The notes beneath the pieces were generated by a model. It was not told the DNA's origin and did not search any database. It saw only the letters and a program-made list of their open reading frames with translations. DNA of 64,000 nucleotides from Antedon mediterranea (lineage: Eukaryota; Animalia; Echinodermata). Location of the stretch: NCBI RefSeq assembly GCF_964355755.1, contig NC_092675.1, forward strand, positions 24,400,912 through 24,464,911, read 5' to 3'. Within the stretch, counting starts at the first letter, position 1; the number at the start of each line of letters is the position of its first letter. The position numbers and the translations under genes were made by a program. This document shows positions 52,286 to 64,000 of the stretch, piece after piece.

Positions 52286-52299
52286 GTTGCCGTGGTTAT
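52286..52299. promoter_or_regulatory. Candidate RFX X-box upstream of CFAP53
   Basis: GTTGCCGTGGTTAT about 200 bp upstream of the ATG; near-match to GTTGCCATGGCAAC. RFX regulation is established for ciliary genes. Confidence 0.55.
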
Positions 52300-55200
52300 A
52301 TGGACTACTATGGAACGCCGTTCATGCAATAATTTATGGACCCATAATTTATTGAGTTATTTCACGCGAAATACCAGGGAGTTATAAATAGCCGGTGGTT
52401 ATTTTAATGTAATTCATTGAAATAAAAGCTAGTTCTCATGGAATGAAATATTAGTAAAACTCAAAAGCCTGTTTAGGCCTAAGTATTACTATATTTCATT
52501 TATTCCACATTTATTTAGTCATCAATTACAGTACATCATAATTACAGTACAACTGAGAACAGGGATCCTGCATAAAAAAGCTGTAGCTTCGTTTTTTTGT
52601 AGGACCCTTTTACGTTACATTAGGTGGGAAACCCACCAATCTCATAATCAACTTTGTTCCACACAGCATAAAAATTAATTTAAACTTACAGTTAGTGTAG
52701 TAGTAGAGGCACAGCAAAATCGGTCAATGAGTTCAAATCGGGCATTGCTAAATATTGGTCTGACCACCACATCAAGTTTCGCCCGTACGTTAATGAAGAG
52801 TTTGCAGTTATGACGATGGAGGGACAAATGAGCTAGTTCTCAATGTCCGAAGTTCAAGGTAAATTCAAGGTAAATTCTGAATAAGAATTTCCGAAACTAG
52901 ACATACTGCAAACACTCGTTTTATTGACATCTTGTAAACTAGGACTGAGCATGCTCAAACCCTAAAGCACGTCTTGGGGGAAGAAGCTGGAGGGAGAAGA
53001 AGAGAGAGAGTAGAGTATTATTGTTCTGAAATAAACAAGAAATATTTCTTACAAAAAAGTTGCTCGCTTGTTGACGTAACTGTTTTAAAGATATATTTTC
53101 CCCCTGAAAAATATTTTTTATTTCAAATTTTTTTTTTAATGTGTCATTTTATTGTCACATAATATAGTTATTAATTGCCTGAAGAAAAAAAATGTAATTT
53201 AAAGCAAAAAATACATACTGTCCCTGTCAGACAATGGTTTTTGGGTTATAATTAAACGTTTCTTTTCTGTTTTTATATGTGAATAAATATTTACAGAAGT
53301 GAATTATAACTTGTTTGTATTTGAAGTAAAATACAACAAGATATACTTTGATATGTCATAATTGTGCAATTGAAATTGAAAAATAAAAAATACTGAATCT
53401 CTAAAAGATGTGCTTATTAAATAATTTATAATATTACTTTATTATACTAAACAGACTCAATTTTTGTCACTTTAGTTTATTTTATTGCTAAGGTCAAGTA
53501 TGGGGGTCACTTCATCAAGCCTCAAGCCTTCATTCATAATTCATATCTTTGTTTCTTTGCAAGTACAGATCGTTTCTCGTTCGAAATGCCATTGAAGATG
53601 TTGCCATTTGCTCCCCAGTGTTTTCTTTAACTACAGGTTTTTCCACTATATTGCTTCTTCTGTCTTAAAATATTTTTTTAATGATGGCAAAGTAATAGTA
53701 GGCCCCTAATAGATTTAATGCTCCATCTGCATTCAAAGTTTCGATTCCATTTCCTGAAATTTTTTTTAAATACTGCTTGTTGTAGAAATTTAAATACTGT
53801 AATTAAGTACCAATTATCAATTTATTCACCATTTCAAATTATTTCAAATTCATAAAGATTTATAACAAATGCTGGTGTGGATGACATAAGATCAAAGCTT
53901 GTTTACCGGTCACCGGTAGTGATGGCAAGTTAGAAAATTACCCAAACCCTTTGAATACCGTTGATATGCAGTATCTTTAACTGATGGTTCTTCATCCTTG
54001 TTGGCACAATATAATGTCCTTTATGCTCGATGAATCTTGGAAACAGCATTATAATATAAGCCAAAAAAGTTGTTGACTTGGTCACCAAACAGGTAAAATT
54101 CTAGCAATGAAATAGCAACTTTGATTGCAGATGAAGATGCTCACTTGTTATACCAAAAACTGCAATATGACATTATTTATTTCATGTGTCATTTCAATTT
54201 TGGATGTTTCCATACACGTTTGATCCAATAGACTGGAGTAATAATGTTTCACAACATTAGGCGCTATATAAATCCACGATATTATTGTATGAAAACTATT
54301 AATTTGATATCTAATTATTATACTATATGTGTATAGGCCTACATATTACCACTAATTGCAAAGCATATATAGCTTAATATTTAATGGGCTAGGCCGGCTA
54401 TGTGCAGGTGTTCACGGGTCCCCAGGGCACAGAGAACTACATGCACAACAGGCCTAGGATATGCGCAAAAGCAAGGGCAAGTCAGAAAATTATGCGAGGC
54501 ATCGTTTTACCATCATCAAAAAATGCGAGGCATCATTTTATCATTTCCCAAAATTTAGGATCGATTATTATTCTTTGAAAACAGAACAGTATCAGCAGTA
54601 ACATATTACAGCATTTTTATTGACAAATTAACAAATATATTGAGATTAAACGTGTTTTTCACCAATAAATGCATGAGAAATTGACTCATTCCACTTTGTT
54701 TTAGTCCTCTATTATCATTTTGGCCGTGAAGCTTAATAATTCTATTTCCTTATTCTGAATTGAAGGCATATAATACTGTAGATGAAAAAACCTCAAAAAC
54801 GAAACCTCTACTTCCTCTGGTATCCAGTATCATTTACACTATTGATAATTTTATAAATTACAGTAGGCCTACGTTTTTTTTTGTAAACATTTTGTACTGT
54901 ACTTTTATAAGTGTTACCCTAAATTTCACAACAATCATTAATATAATATGGTAATATCAATGCATAAATAAAATAAATTATACACTACTTTTTAGCAGTT
55001 TTCTCAATTTATATATTATTATTATTATACTGATGTCTTTATCAATTGTTGTTTGTATACATGTAACATGTTTGTTTTTTTACCAATTTTACAATCTATT
55101 TCTATTCCGAGAAATGTTTTGATATAAATACGTTGTTGTTGTATTGAATTAATTCTGTGATGTCTTTTTGACCAACTCTTTCATTATCATTATGAACAAA

Positions 55201-55397
55201 CAATTTGAACATTGTAGTCAACTTATACACGATATGACTTGAATGATAAAATAATAAAAACAGTCGTTACATAAAAATAAACAACATAGCATGATGAGTG
55301 TATACACGAATCTATTTCGATACGCTAGGCCTATTTTAAAAATATAAATAATTAATTATTAGGCCTATAATATAGCATAATAGCACGTTAAGAAATG

Positions 55398-55470
55398 TCT
55401 CGCACCTTTTTGAAATTGTAAACTATATGCCTCGCACCTTTTTGAAATTGTAAACTATATGCCCCGCATG
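55398..55470. repeat. 33-bp tandem duplication within a TGCCTCGCA-rich segment
   Basis: ctcgcacctttttgaaattgtaaactatatgcc occurs twice. Confidence 0.85.
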
Positions 55471-55535
55471 CCTCACACTTATATTTGGTGTGCCTCGCTG
55501 CCTCGCACAATCAAATTGGAACAATACAATGAAAA

Positions 55536-55608
55536 CCCCAGTGGTCTAATGGTTAGGAGATCTGCATATCAAGCAGAAGGTTCCGGGTTTGAATCTCGGA
55601 GAGGGCTT
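55536..55608 (+). pseudogene. tRNA-derived sequence (pseudo-tRNA or SINE head)
   Basis: A box TGGTCTAATGG, anticodon stem tctgc-atatcaa-gcaga, B-box-like GGTTTGAATCT, followed by TTTTT; the acceptor stem is poor. Confidence 0.55.
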
Positions 55609-56029
55609 TTTCTCATTCTCACAGGTTTCGTTATTTTTATTTTTTCTAATTAATTAAATTTCATTATATCGGGCGGATTAGAATTTATTCTGTGATGTTG
55701 ATATACTGTATATATATATTTTTTCTCTTTTGTGGCGCAAACACTACTTTTATTCACATTCCTATTATCTCATGTCATTAAATCATATTATTTAACACAT
55801 TTTGTTAATTCCAAATGTCATCAGTAACATTTTTACATTTATGAATTCCGTATTACCTCCTTTTTTCATTAATTTTCTTATATTTTTCTAAACACTTGAC
55901 AATGATCATCATTATCATCTATCTCGTTTTAAAATATTTTACAAACAAAGAACAATCCCTTTGTGAGTTTTTTATTTTCATTTCTTTGTTTGCCTCGCAC
56001 TTTGTTACTACCCTGTTTGTGTGTGTGTT

Positions 56030-56370
56030 TAAAATAGGCGCCATCTTTGATTTCAACATGGCGGCTGTTTACAACTTTAATAACAATATATTTGGAATCC
56101 TCAGTATCACAAACATAGGTACTGTATAGACATCATTTCTAACCTACTATGTTACTTATATGTCAAGTTATAAGCCAAAATACGTTTTAAATGGCGACCA
56201 TCTTGAATTCCAACATGGAGGCTGAAATAGAATATTTACAACTTTAATAACAATATATTTGGAATCCTCAGTATCACAAACATAGGTATAGACACCATTT
56301 TTAACTTACTACGTCACTTAAAAGTCAAGTTATAAGCCAAAATAAGTCTGAAATGGCGGCCATTTTGTTT
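56030..56370. repeat. Imperfect tandem repeat of about 155-170 bp, two copies plus a partial; likely transposon-derived
   Basis: Repeated tttacaactttaataacaatatatttggaatcctcagtatcacaaacataggta and gtcaagttataagccaaaata ... aaatggcg.ccat. Confidence 0.75.
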
Positions 56371-59055
56371 TTCACATTTTAAGGGTGAAGATCTAAAAAT
56401 TGAGCTGGGTAAACAGCAAATTTGAATTCAGCACCCCAAAATTACCCTAAAACACATGTTTATTCGCTTTTAACACGAAATGCCTACAGCATCTTATTAG
56501 AGTGGAAATATGACTATCTTGACTAGTCTAATATATCTTTATTATTCAAATGTAAACAGTACGATAAATTTGAACAAAGTACATCGTCGAGATTGTACTT
56601 AATGCTTTTAAACGGAGCGAGGTTTTACACCTTTTTACCCACATTGTGTCCGAAGTCATTCTGAATCATGCAACATTCTACCATGGCTTCTTGCTGTGGA
56701 GTCTGGTGTAACTGGTGTCAGTGCAGGGTTGGGCTTAAGAATCTATCATAGGTCATTACGACGAGCTTTGAAGTTAAATTTGACGATGTGTACGTCACTG
56801 GCTATTTTACCTTTTTTACCAATCAACAATGACTCGTTAAGTTGTTGACATCTTGAGGTCGTTGCCTGGAAGTATGATTGAGAAAAATCCCGCCTTTGTC
56901 AACTTACAATTCGTGCTTGCTTACCTTACTAAATGGACCAATGATACAAAACGGAAAATAAATCCGGCTGTCCGGTTGTATTCTTGTCGTCGACCACCTC
57001 TTCCAGAAATCGTCGACCTACGTATACTGCTACATGTTGCTACACGGTTAAAATTCTTGGCATCCTTAATTTTTGATGAGAATTCAAAATGGAACAGTAA
57101 CACCGATTCTCTATTAGACTGGGGGTGTGTGGTGTAGGCCTACTGCTAAAAGGTAAAGGAATACAATGCGAAATTTTATACAATTTGAAATGTCACCAAC
57201 ACCATGATCAACGTTCAATAAGAGAAATCGAAAAGTGTAGTTTAGCTATAAAGTATTTTTTGAAGATATTAATCAGTACAGTACTTTTCATAGTAAGTAA
57301 GCGTCGTAATGTATCTTTAATCACTTACCATGACTTCGGGAATGTGTTCGATTCAAGTTAATATATAAAAAAGGTAATCAGTTTCGCAGCAGCAGCTGCT
57401 AAACACGTTGTTCTTGAAATAAAACAAAAACCATGAGTTTTAAAAAGAAGATTGCAATGTCTTTTGTTAACACATGGGAGCCGCGAAATTATAAACCGAG
57501 CGTGTGTTTTTTATGTTTTTGTTATTTAAGCGGAACGTCCCAGTGACCAGTTCGATTACAATCAAAACGTCCTGCAACACAAGAGTTGTTGTAATTTAAT
57601 TGTGGTGTGATTTACTGTATAAGCCAATAACAAAACAAGTATTCCTGTATTTTTGGGAGTATTTCAAAATTTAATGTATTTCTCTTGCATCAGTTAAAAC
57701 ACGTCATATGAAGAGAATCATTCAATTTTTACGTAATTATTATCGCATCGTTAAAAACAGTATGGTATTCCTAAAGTTGTATTGTCCTCCAAAAATCAGA
57801 CTTTGAAAATGCCATTCAATCGTTTTAATAAGGTCAATAAAAAAAACCCGGAAAAATAATGTGTTCAGTTTAAATAAAAGAATTCAACCTAATTTGTTGT
57901 TTATATTATATTAAATGGCATATTTAACAAATATTTATTTGTTATTGTTTTTTTAGGGGACAATATATCTTTAAATTGTTATTGTTTAGAAATATTAAAA
58001 AAACACAGACTTAATATAAAAGGCAAGACTGAAATGGTTACTGTAGCTTAATAACATTAATAATCTAAATACTGACTACAACGATACTGTAAGAACAGTA
58101 GCTGGCTGTGGCGTAAACACACTCATCGATAAGAAATACTAATAGATCATACATGGTAAAATTCATAACACATTTGACCATACAGGTATTTATTTTCACA
58201 ATGATTTCACCGGCCAATGAATTTCTGTACGGAGAAACAACCGTGATGGTATTTTGACTACTGTTTAATTTCATGGCGGACATGGGCTACAAAGCGTGTG
58301 TTATCACTAATTGCCGTGCAGTTACTTTGCGGTAATTAAGTTATTTACCCGTAAACATGCCCTTTATAAACAAAAAAAGAACAGTAAATTCACACGATAG
58401 TTGACTTTACAAAACCGCCACAAAATTGGCAAGTTTTAGCACAAACTTACATCTACATGAGGGACCGATATCAGCTGCAGGTCTATCAGTAAGTGGCCAT
58501 AGTAGGTTTCAAGTTGATAGAATGGCTACTTACGATTCTTTTTACTGTTTTGCAATCATCCTAAATAGTTTCCAAGGCCCTAAATACCTTCCCATGCACA
58601 CATTTCTATCGGTTAAATTTGGGATAGGATTAGACATGCCAAATTCATAAATAATCTAGCGCTCGCTTTGAAAATTATCATCTATGCAATTTCACATTTT
58701 GGCCCATCCTTCATTAAAGAACTAGACGAAAATAGCGTATTGTTTATAGTTGAGTTGAGTGAATACTTGTTAGATATTATATAAAACTAGAATTCGTGGA
58801 GTTGGTAGATGGCAACATTTCGCATTCGAATAAACCGACGCTTTCGCACAAATAAATTAGTCTCTAGTGGAATATAGGCTTCACTTCTACTCTGTGCCAC
58901 GTTTCGACGTGGAATTCGCTGTTCCCCGCGTTCAGTGCCACCGACATTTACACTTTATAATTGGAATTGTTACGCAGTAAAAACATTCCACAGTTTCAAA
59001 CATGAAAAAAAAACATATATTATTTTAAACTAACAAAGACTAATGTAATTGATTC

Positions 59056-60284
59056 CTAAAACATTGTTGTACTAAGCAGACTTGTGAACATAATAGTTGC
59101 AAGATTAATAACAACACTAACAGCACTTGATGGCGTTGTCATATCTTTGGCTACTGGTTCTGTTGGTTCAGGTTCTGCTACCCCAGCTCCTCCAGCTCCT
59201 CCGGCTCCAGCAGCGTCTCCGGCTCCCCCAGCTCCGCCTGCACCTCCGGTTCCTGCTGCGTCTCCGGCTCCTCCAGCTCCGCCTGCACCTCCGGCTCCGC
59301 CTGCACCTCCTGCTCCGCCTGCAGCAGCAACAAAATCTCCATTGCAGTTATCTGTATCACAGCAACTCATGCATATGTCCATTCCTTCGACATTCATACA
59401 ACCTGCCATACAATATTGCTCGCAAGTCCTGGAGTACAATACCATTTGGTTTCCCATAACATCCATCGTTGTTTGGGAGGTCTGAAAGTGAAAAAATAGA
59501 TTTGTTTACCGTATGTCTATTGCAAAGTTTAACTAATAAAATTAGTGAATTTTTCAACCCTATAATTGTTGAACGGTTACTTATAGTAACTACAGTAGTC
59601 TAAATATAAATAAATAAATACTGTAGAATTATTTTCTATTATGTATGTTGCCGGCCATATTGTTTGAAATAGGATCAACGACGCATGTGAATTAACTCAA
59701 AAAGCGAGAGTAAGATGATTCATCGCGTCGTAATTGGTCAAATTATTCACGATTACGTTGCGTTTCAGTGACAACCAATATTTAATAGTAAAATACCGTA
59801 TGTTCCATAGACTTACCATGCACTTTCCTGTACATGATACTTTTTGAATGCCGGCAGTGGCTCCTAGCGTGGCTCCACAATTAGTTGGATTCTCCATCGA
59901 GGTACAATTGTAACACATGAATGCGTTGCTAACATCTGTAAATCAAAATAATGAGTGTTAATCACATTTTTAGATTTTATGCAATCGTCCATCAAACGTC
60001 TGTGGACAAGCTGTTATTTTAGACTGCAGTATTACGTTAACTTATACCCATTCTAATTTTTATCAAATTGATACAATAAATTGTTGAAACTATTGAAAAT
60101 TAAATTGCCAAGAATAACACAATTGGACAAATTTTCTAAAACGATGCATGTCTGCAAAATGCGTGTTTCATTTTAAAAAGTTAAATTTTAAAGCCATAAA
60201 CATACAACATCATTAGTGTATTGTATTATACTTACCAATCATGTACAGTGTGAACACTGCTAAAAGTAATGATTTTGAGTTCAT
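59056..60284 (-). CDS. Ly6/uPAR three-finger (Quiver/Sleepless-like) GPI-anchored protein with Gly/Ala stalk, about 197 aa
   Basis: Exons 60284-60236 (signal peptide MNSKSLLLAVFTLYMI), 59935-59817 (FMCYNCTS...CTGKCM), 59481-59056 (SRTC...CCDTDNCN, then (GGA)n, then hydrophobic C-terminus). 12 Cys; phases are compatible. Confidence 0.88.
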
Positions 60285-62195
60285 CTTTGGATGTTAGTCT
60301 ATACATAAAAGAAAAAAAAACAATTGTTATTGTATTGAAACTATTAAATCATGATTGATAATGATAATGATAACTGATAGTGATTAAAACCCGAATACAG
60401 TTACTAATTTGTCAGTAGGTCAAAGTATATTTAAGGAAATTTTGTAGGCCTGTTCCTATATTCCAGATATGGAATACAGTACAAATTCTTTCAGGCCGGA
60501 GAGAGATGTGTCCTGTCAACAAGATCTGAAGGACCCACCAGATTGTTACATGAACTTTGTTGTACTTTTCCGAAAACAACATGAATTAGTCTGCAGTTCC
60601 TTATCAAATTAATTCGAACAAGATGGCAGGTGGTCATGTTATACAGTATATAAATTTAGATGCCCCAAAGTCAGTTTCTGACTGAGATTGACGATATTTT
60701 TTAATACATGTCAATATGCTTGAAGAGAAAATGTTATATGTAAATTCAAGGATTGATGACCACAAATATAATAAATGCGTCGACCAATTAATTGTGTGTT
60801 ATAACGCAGCTTATTCTGGCATCTTTCTGAATTTTCTTAAAAGCCAGGTGCGAGCAAAAAATGTTTATTTATCATTAATTCCAATATTTATCAATCTATA
60901 GTTTCCCGGTCCCCTATAATTTTTTTTAATTTATATGTTTTACAAGATCTTTGTTGAAAATAAGCACTATTTACACAGTAAATCTCTAATTTTTTTGTAC
61001 ACTATATTAATGCCGAAAAGCAAGAGGTTCTCGTGGTTAATGGATTAACAATTAATATTTCAGAAGTTACAACCTAGACTAAAAGTTATGTATCGCATTT
61101 AAACGTTAGCCACTACGAATGATTTACGATTAATGAAAACCCTTAAGAAGGACTCGGACTGCGATAAGTCAGTCCTTGGAGCCAAGTGGAAAAAGATATT
61201 TCCGGGAAATTATTAAATTATGATGCTACATCCGTTATCATTATAGGCCTACAATTTTATAGTGATGTACGTATTATTTAGTCTGTCGCCCCCTATAATA
61301 ATTTTAAACGCACTCAACTTACTTTACAATTTATGATTTTTTAGTCAGTATTTATTTTTCAGTCAGTATTAATTATTCGAAACACTTGACACATTTTACG
61401 CCTATTGTGTAAAAGACAGTCTGTGCAGATTTTTAAATATAGGCCTAATCGGTGTTTTTTTTTTTCATTATGAGCATGTATTTATTTTTCACTTTTTAAT
61501 ATCTAAAAAGGATTGAAAAAATCATGATACTATAGGATATTCGTAACGGTTAAATTAATTTAACAAGTTAATACAAATTGCGATAGAGTACTTGAATACA
61601 ATAATAAAAGACAGTTTATACAACATACGACAACTTTGAAATTACAATAAGTTATGCGTTCTATTTTTATAGACGATAATGGCAAACCGGGACGCATTAT
61701 TTTTTCCTGTGAGGTTAAAGCTCGAGTCCCACGATCGGGTTTTTTCTTCAGTCTTCCAAAGGGACACTGTATTGATTGATGGAAAGTGCCTGTTTCCAGT
61801 CACCTTTAGGGTCAAATCTATTATTTTAACTGCTCCCTTGTGTATAAAAGAGAGAAAATAGTGACTTATAAGTTTTAGTGCATGTCCTATTATTAACGAA
61901 ACTGACACCAGTTTTTTACACCAATAGCCAATCAGATGGGCAGGAATTTGGCTTGGTAGGGATCAACATCTGAATATTGTAGCAGAGAGATATAATATAG
62001 TTCTTTTGATTATAGATACCTGAAATAACATTAGTTAGGAGTTGAATGGAATACAAAGATTATAAAGTGTTATTAAAAGTCATAATATATTATATATTTA
62101 TATATAATTATAGATAAAATTATTATATTTTTCTATGTCTTCTACTTCCAGTTCCTTTATTAAATCATGGTATGAGGAAATCTGTGATAATATAT

Positions 62196-62778
62196 CAATC
62201 AATCAATCAGATTTATATATCGCCAGTATCCATAATAATGTTCAAAGGCGCTTGACAAAGTTAAGCAGAAAATGCCTCTGTGTAAAAATGGGTTTTTAGT
62301 CGTGTTTTGAAAGTGTTGATGTTTTCAGATGTCTTTATGTCGATTGGCAGTTTATTCCACAAAATGGGTGCTGCACAGGAAAATGCACGATGGCCTCCAT
62401 ATGTCTGAAGTTTCCATTTAGGAACATGAAGGAGAAGTTTATTAGATGAACGCAGTGTACGAGACTAAGTGTAAAGTACAAGAAGATCAGCAATATACTG
62501 AGGTGCAAGTCCATTTAGAGCTTTGTATGTAATGAAAAGCAGTTTGAATTTAATACGGAATTGAACGGGCAGCCAATGCAAGTTCCGAAGTACTGGTGTG
62601 ATGTGTTCATGTTTTCTAGTACTGTACGAGTGATGATCAGATTCTGGCAGCAGTGTTCTGAGCACGCTGAAAAAGAGATACCGTATGAATCCGGTAGGTA
62701 GTCCAAACAAGAGTGCGTTTCCATAGTCGAATTTAGCAGAGAGTACAGCGTAGATTATGGTTTTACATGATTCCGGAG
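62196..62778 (-). mobile_element. 5'-truncated L2-clade LINE
   Basis: EHITPVLRNLHWLPVQFRIKFKLLFITYKALNGLAPQYI is a characteristic L2 ORF2 C-terminal motif; 3' end aagcgcctttgaac...tatataaatc followed by a (TGAT)n tail. Confidence 0.88.
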
Positions 62779-64000
62779 ATAAATATATTATATATACAGT
62801 ATAAATAGCGACTTAGTAGTAGTAGTAGTAGTAGTTTAGTAGTAGTTAAACCGAATATAGGAAAAGGTACATACAAATGATTTCTCTAGAAATCAACATA
62901 CATCTTAATTTGTATATTGTTGCTTTTTGCGAAAGTTTCGGGTTTTTTCTAAAAAGAAAATTAAACCACACCCTAGCAGATCAGATGGTGATTGTTGTTT
63001 TTGTCTACAGTATATTTTTTTATGACGATGGTTCTGACCTCGCATTGACCTGGGTTGCATGAGGTATCCTCCACGAGTGCGGTCTCCCAACATGGTCGTC
63101 TTTGACATTTTTGTGATACAAGGAGAGAATAGCTATACTTTTCTTTAACCACGGTGTTAAATTAAAATACAGTATATATTTTTATAATATTTCTATAATA
63201 AAAGATAATTTAAATGTATGTGATTTCTTTTAAATGTCAATAAACTGAAAACTTTGAGCTAATACAAACAAGATACTGTACATAAAATTGGAATTGCAAG
63301 ATATCTAAAAACCAATAAAAAGTACAGAAAAGCAAACATTTAGAATTCGAAATTGCGACGTACGACGAGAGAAATTAAACTAAAAGATTAGAACTATAAC
63401 CACTAGAGGTGTGTATTATCATCATTCTAAAGATTTACTTCTTTCTGATCATCAAATATTCGATGACACGCGAACTTCCACATAATAAAATCTATATTTT
63501 TTTCGGACATACAGGTTTTTCTCTTTTCATAAGCTTTACATAAATAGGTTGCAAAAGACTAAATTTTTTGGGTTTCATTGTTTACAAACATATTTTTTAA
63601 CATGTATACATTTAAATCAGAGATACATTTTTTTCTTAATGTTTTTATAAAAAGGACAATAAAAAGAAAATGTTTTTCATCTTCTAAACTTAATTGATCA
63701 CAAAACATACATATTCTAGATTATCGGTTAATTTTTAAATGTCGTCCCTTTTCAATGAACAGATTATGGCACGATAATCTAAAGCGTGATATTAGTGTTC
63801 TATACTTAAAATTTAAATCATAAAAAACTCATCGTAAAAATGGTCAAACTTATTATTTTTATAAAAATTAAGACGTGTATTATTACTAATAACAAGACAA
63901 GAATTGAATATCGTATAAAGCTAAACTTATATTGTTTTAAACATAAATCCAAGGCTCGGGCGTGGCACTTGGCTACTCAACTTCTTCACAAGATTGTGTC

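Noticed and set aside
56853-57137. 94-aa ORF as a gene
   Set aside because: No splice context; at most a decayed LINE RT fragment (KFL...FDENSKW), too weak to call.
59084-59485. Pro/Ala-rich and Leu/Arg-rich plus-strand ORFs
   Set aside because: Antisense shadows of the Gly/Ala exon of the Ly6 gene.

Overview
AT-rich, intron-containing animal genomic DNA, probably a marine invertebrate such as an echinoderm (inferred from gene and repeat content; not provable here). The ~50 near-identical '117-aa ORFs' in the first 25 kb are not separate genes. They are 54 complete tandem exons (324 nt, two of 321 nt; all phase 2-2; GT-AG introns of about 125-143 nt) of one giant minus-strand gene that runs off the left edge. 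Spliced upstream exons (25407-32396) add a FAM171/CILP-like N-terminal region, a diverged copy of the repeat domain and an LDL-receptor class A module. The predicted product is over 6,200 aa, Cys-rich, heavily N-glycosylated and likely extracellular. The array shows higher-order duplications, two subtypes joined by a chimeric exon, and a few hypervariable codons. To the right lie CCDC178 (+) and CFAP53 (-) tail-to-tail, and a three-exon Ly6/uPAR (Quiver-like) GPI-anchored gene with a (GGA)n Gly/Ala stalk. CFAP53 intron 1 holds three nested non-autonomous DNA transposons, each with its own target-site duplication. SINE, LINE and MITE relics are scattered throughout. Family assignments come from motif recognition by eye, not database searches.
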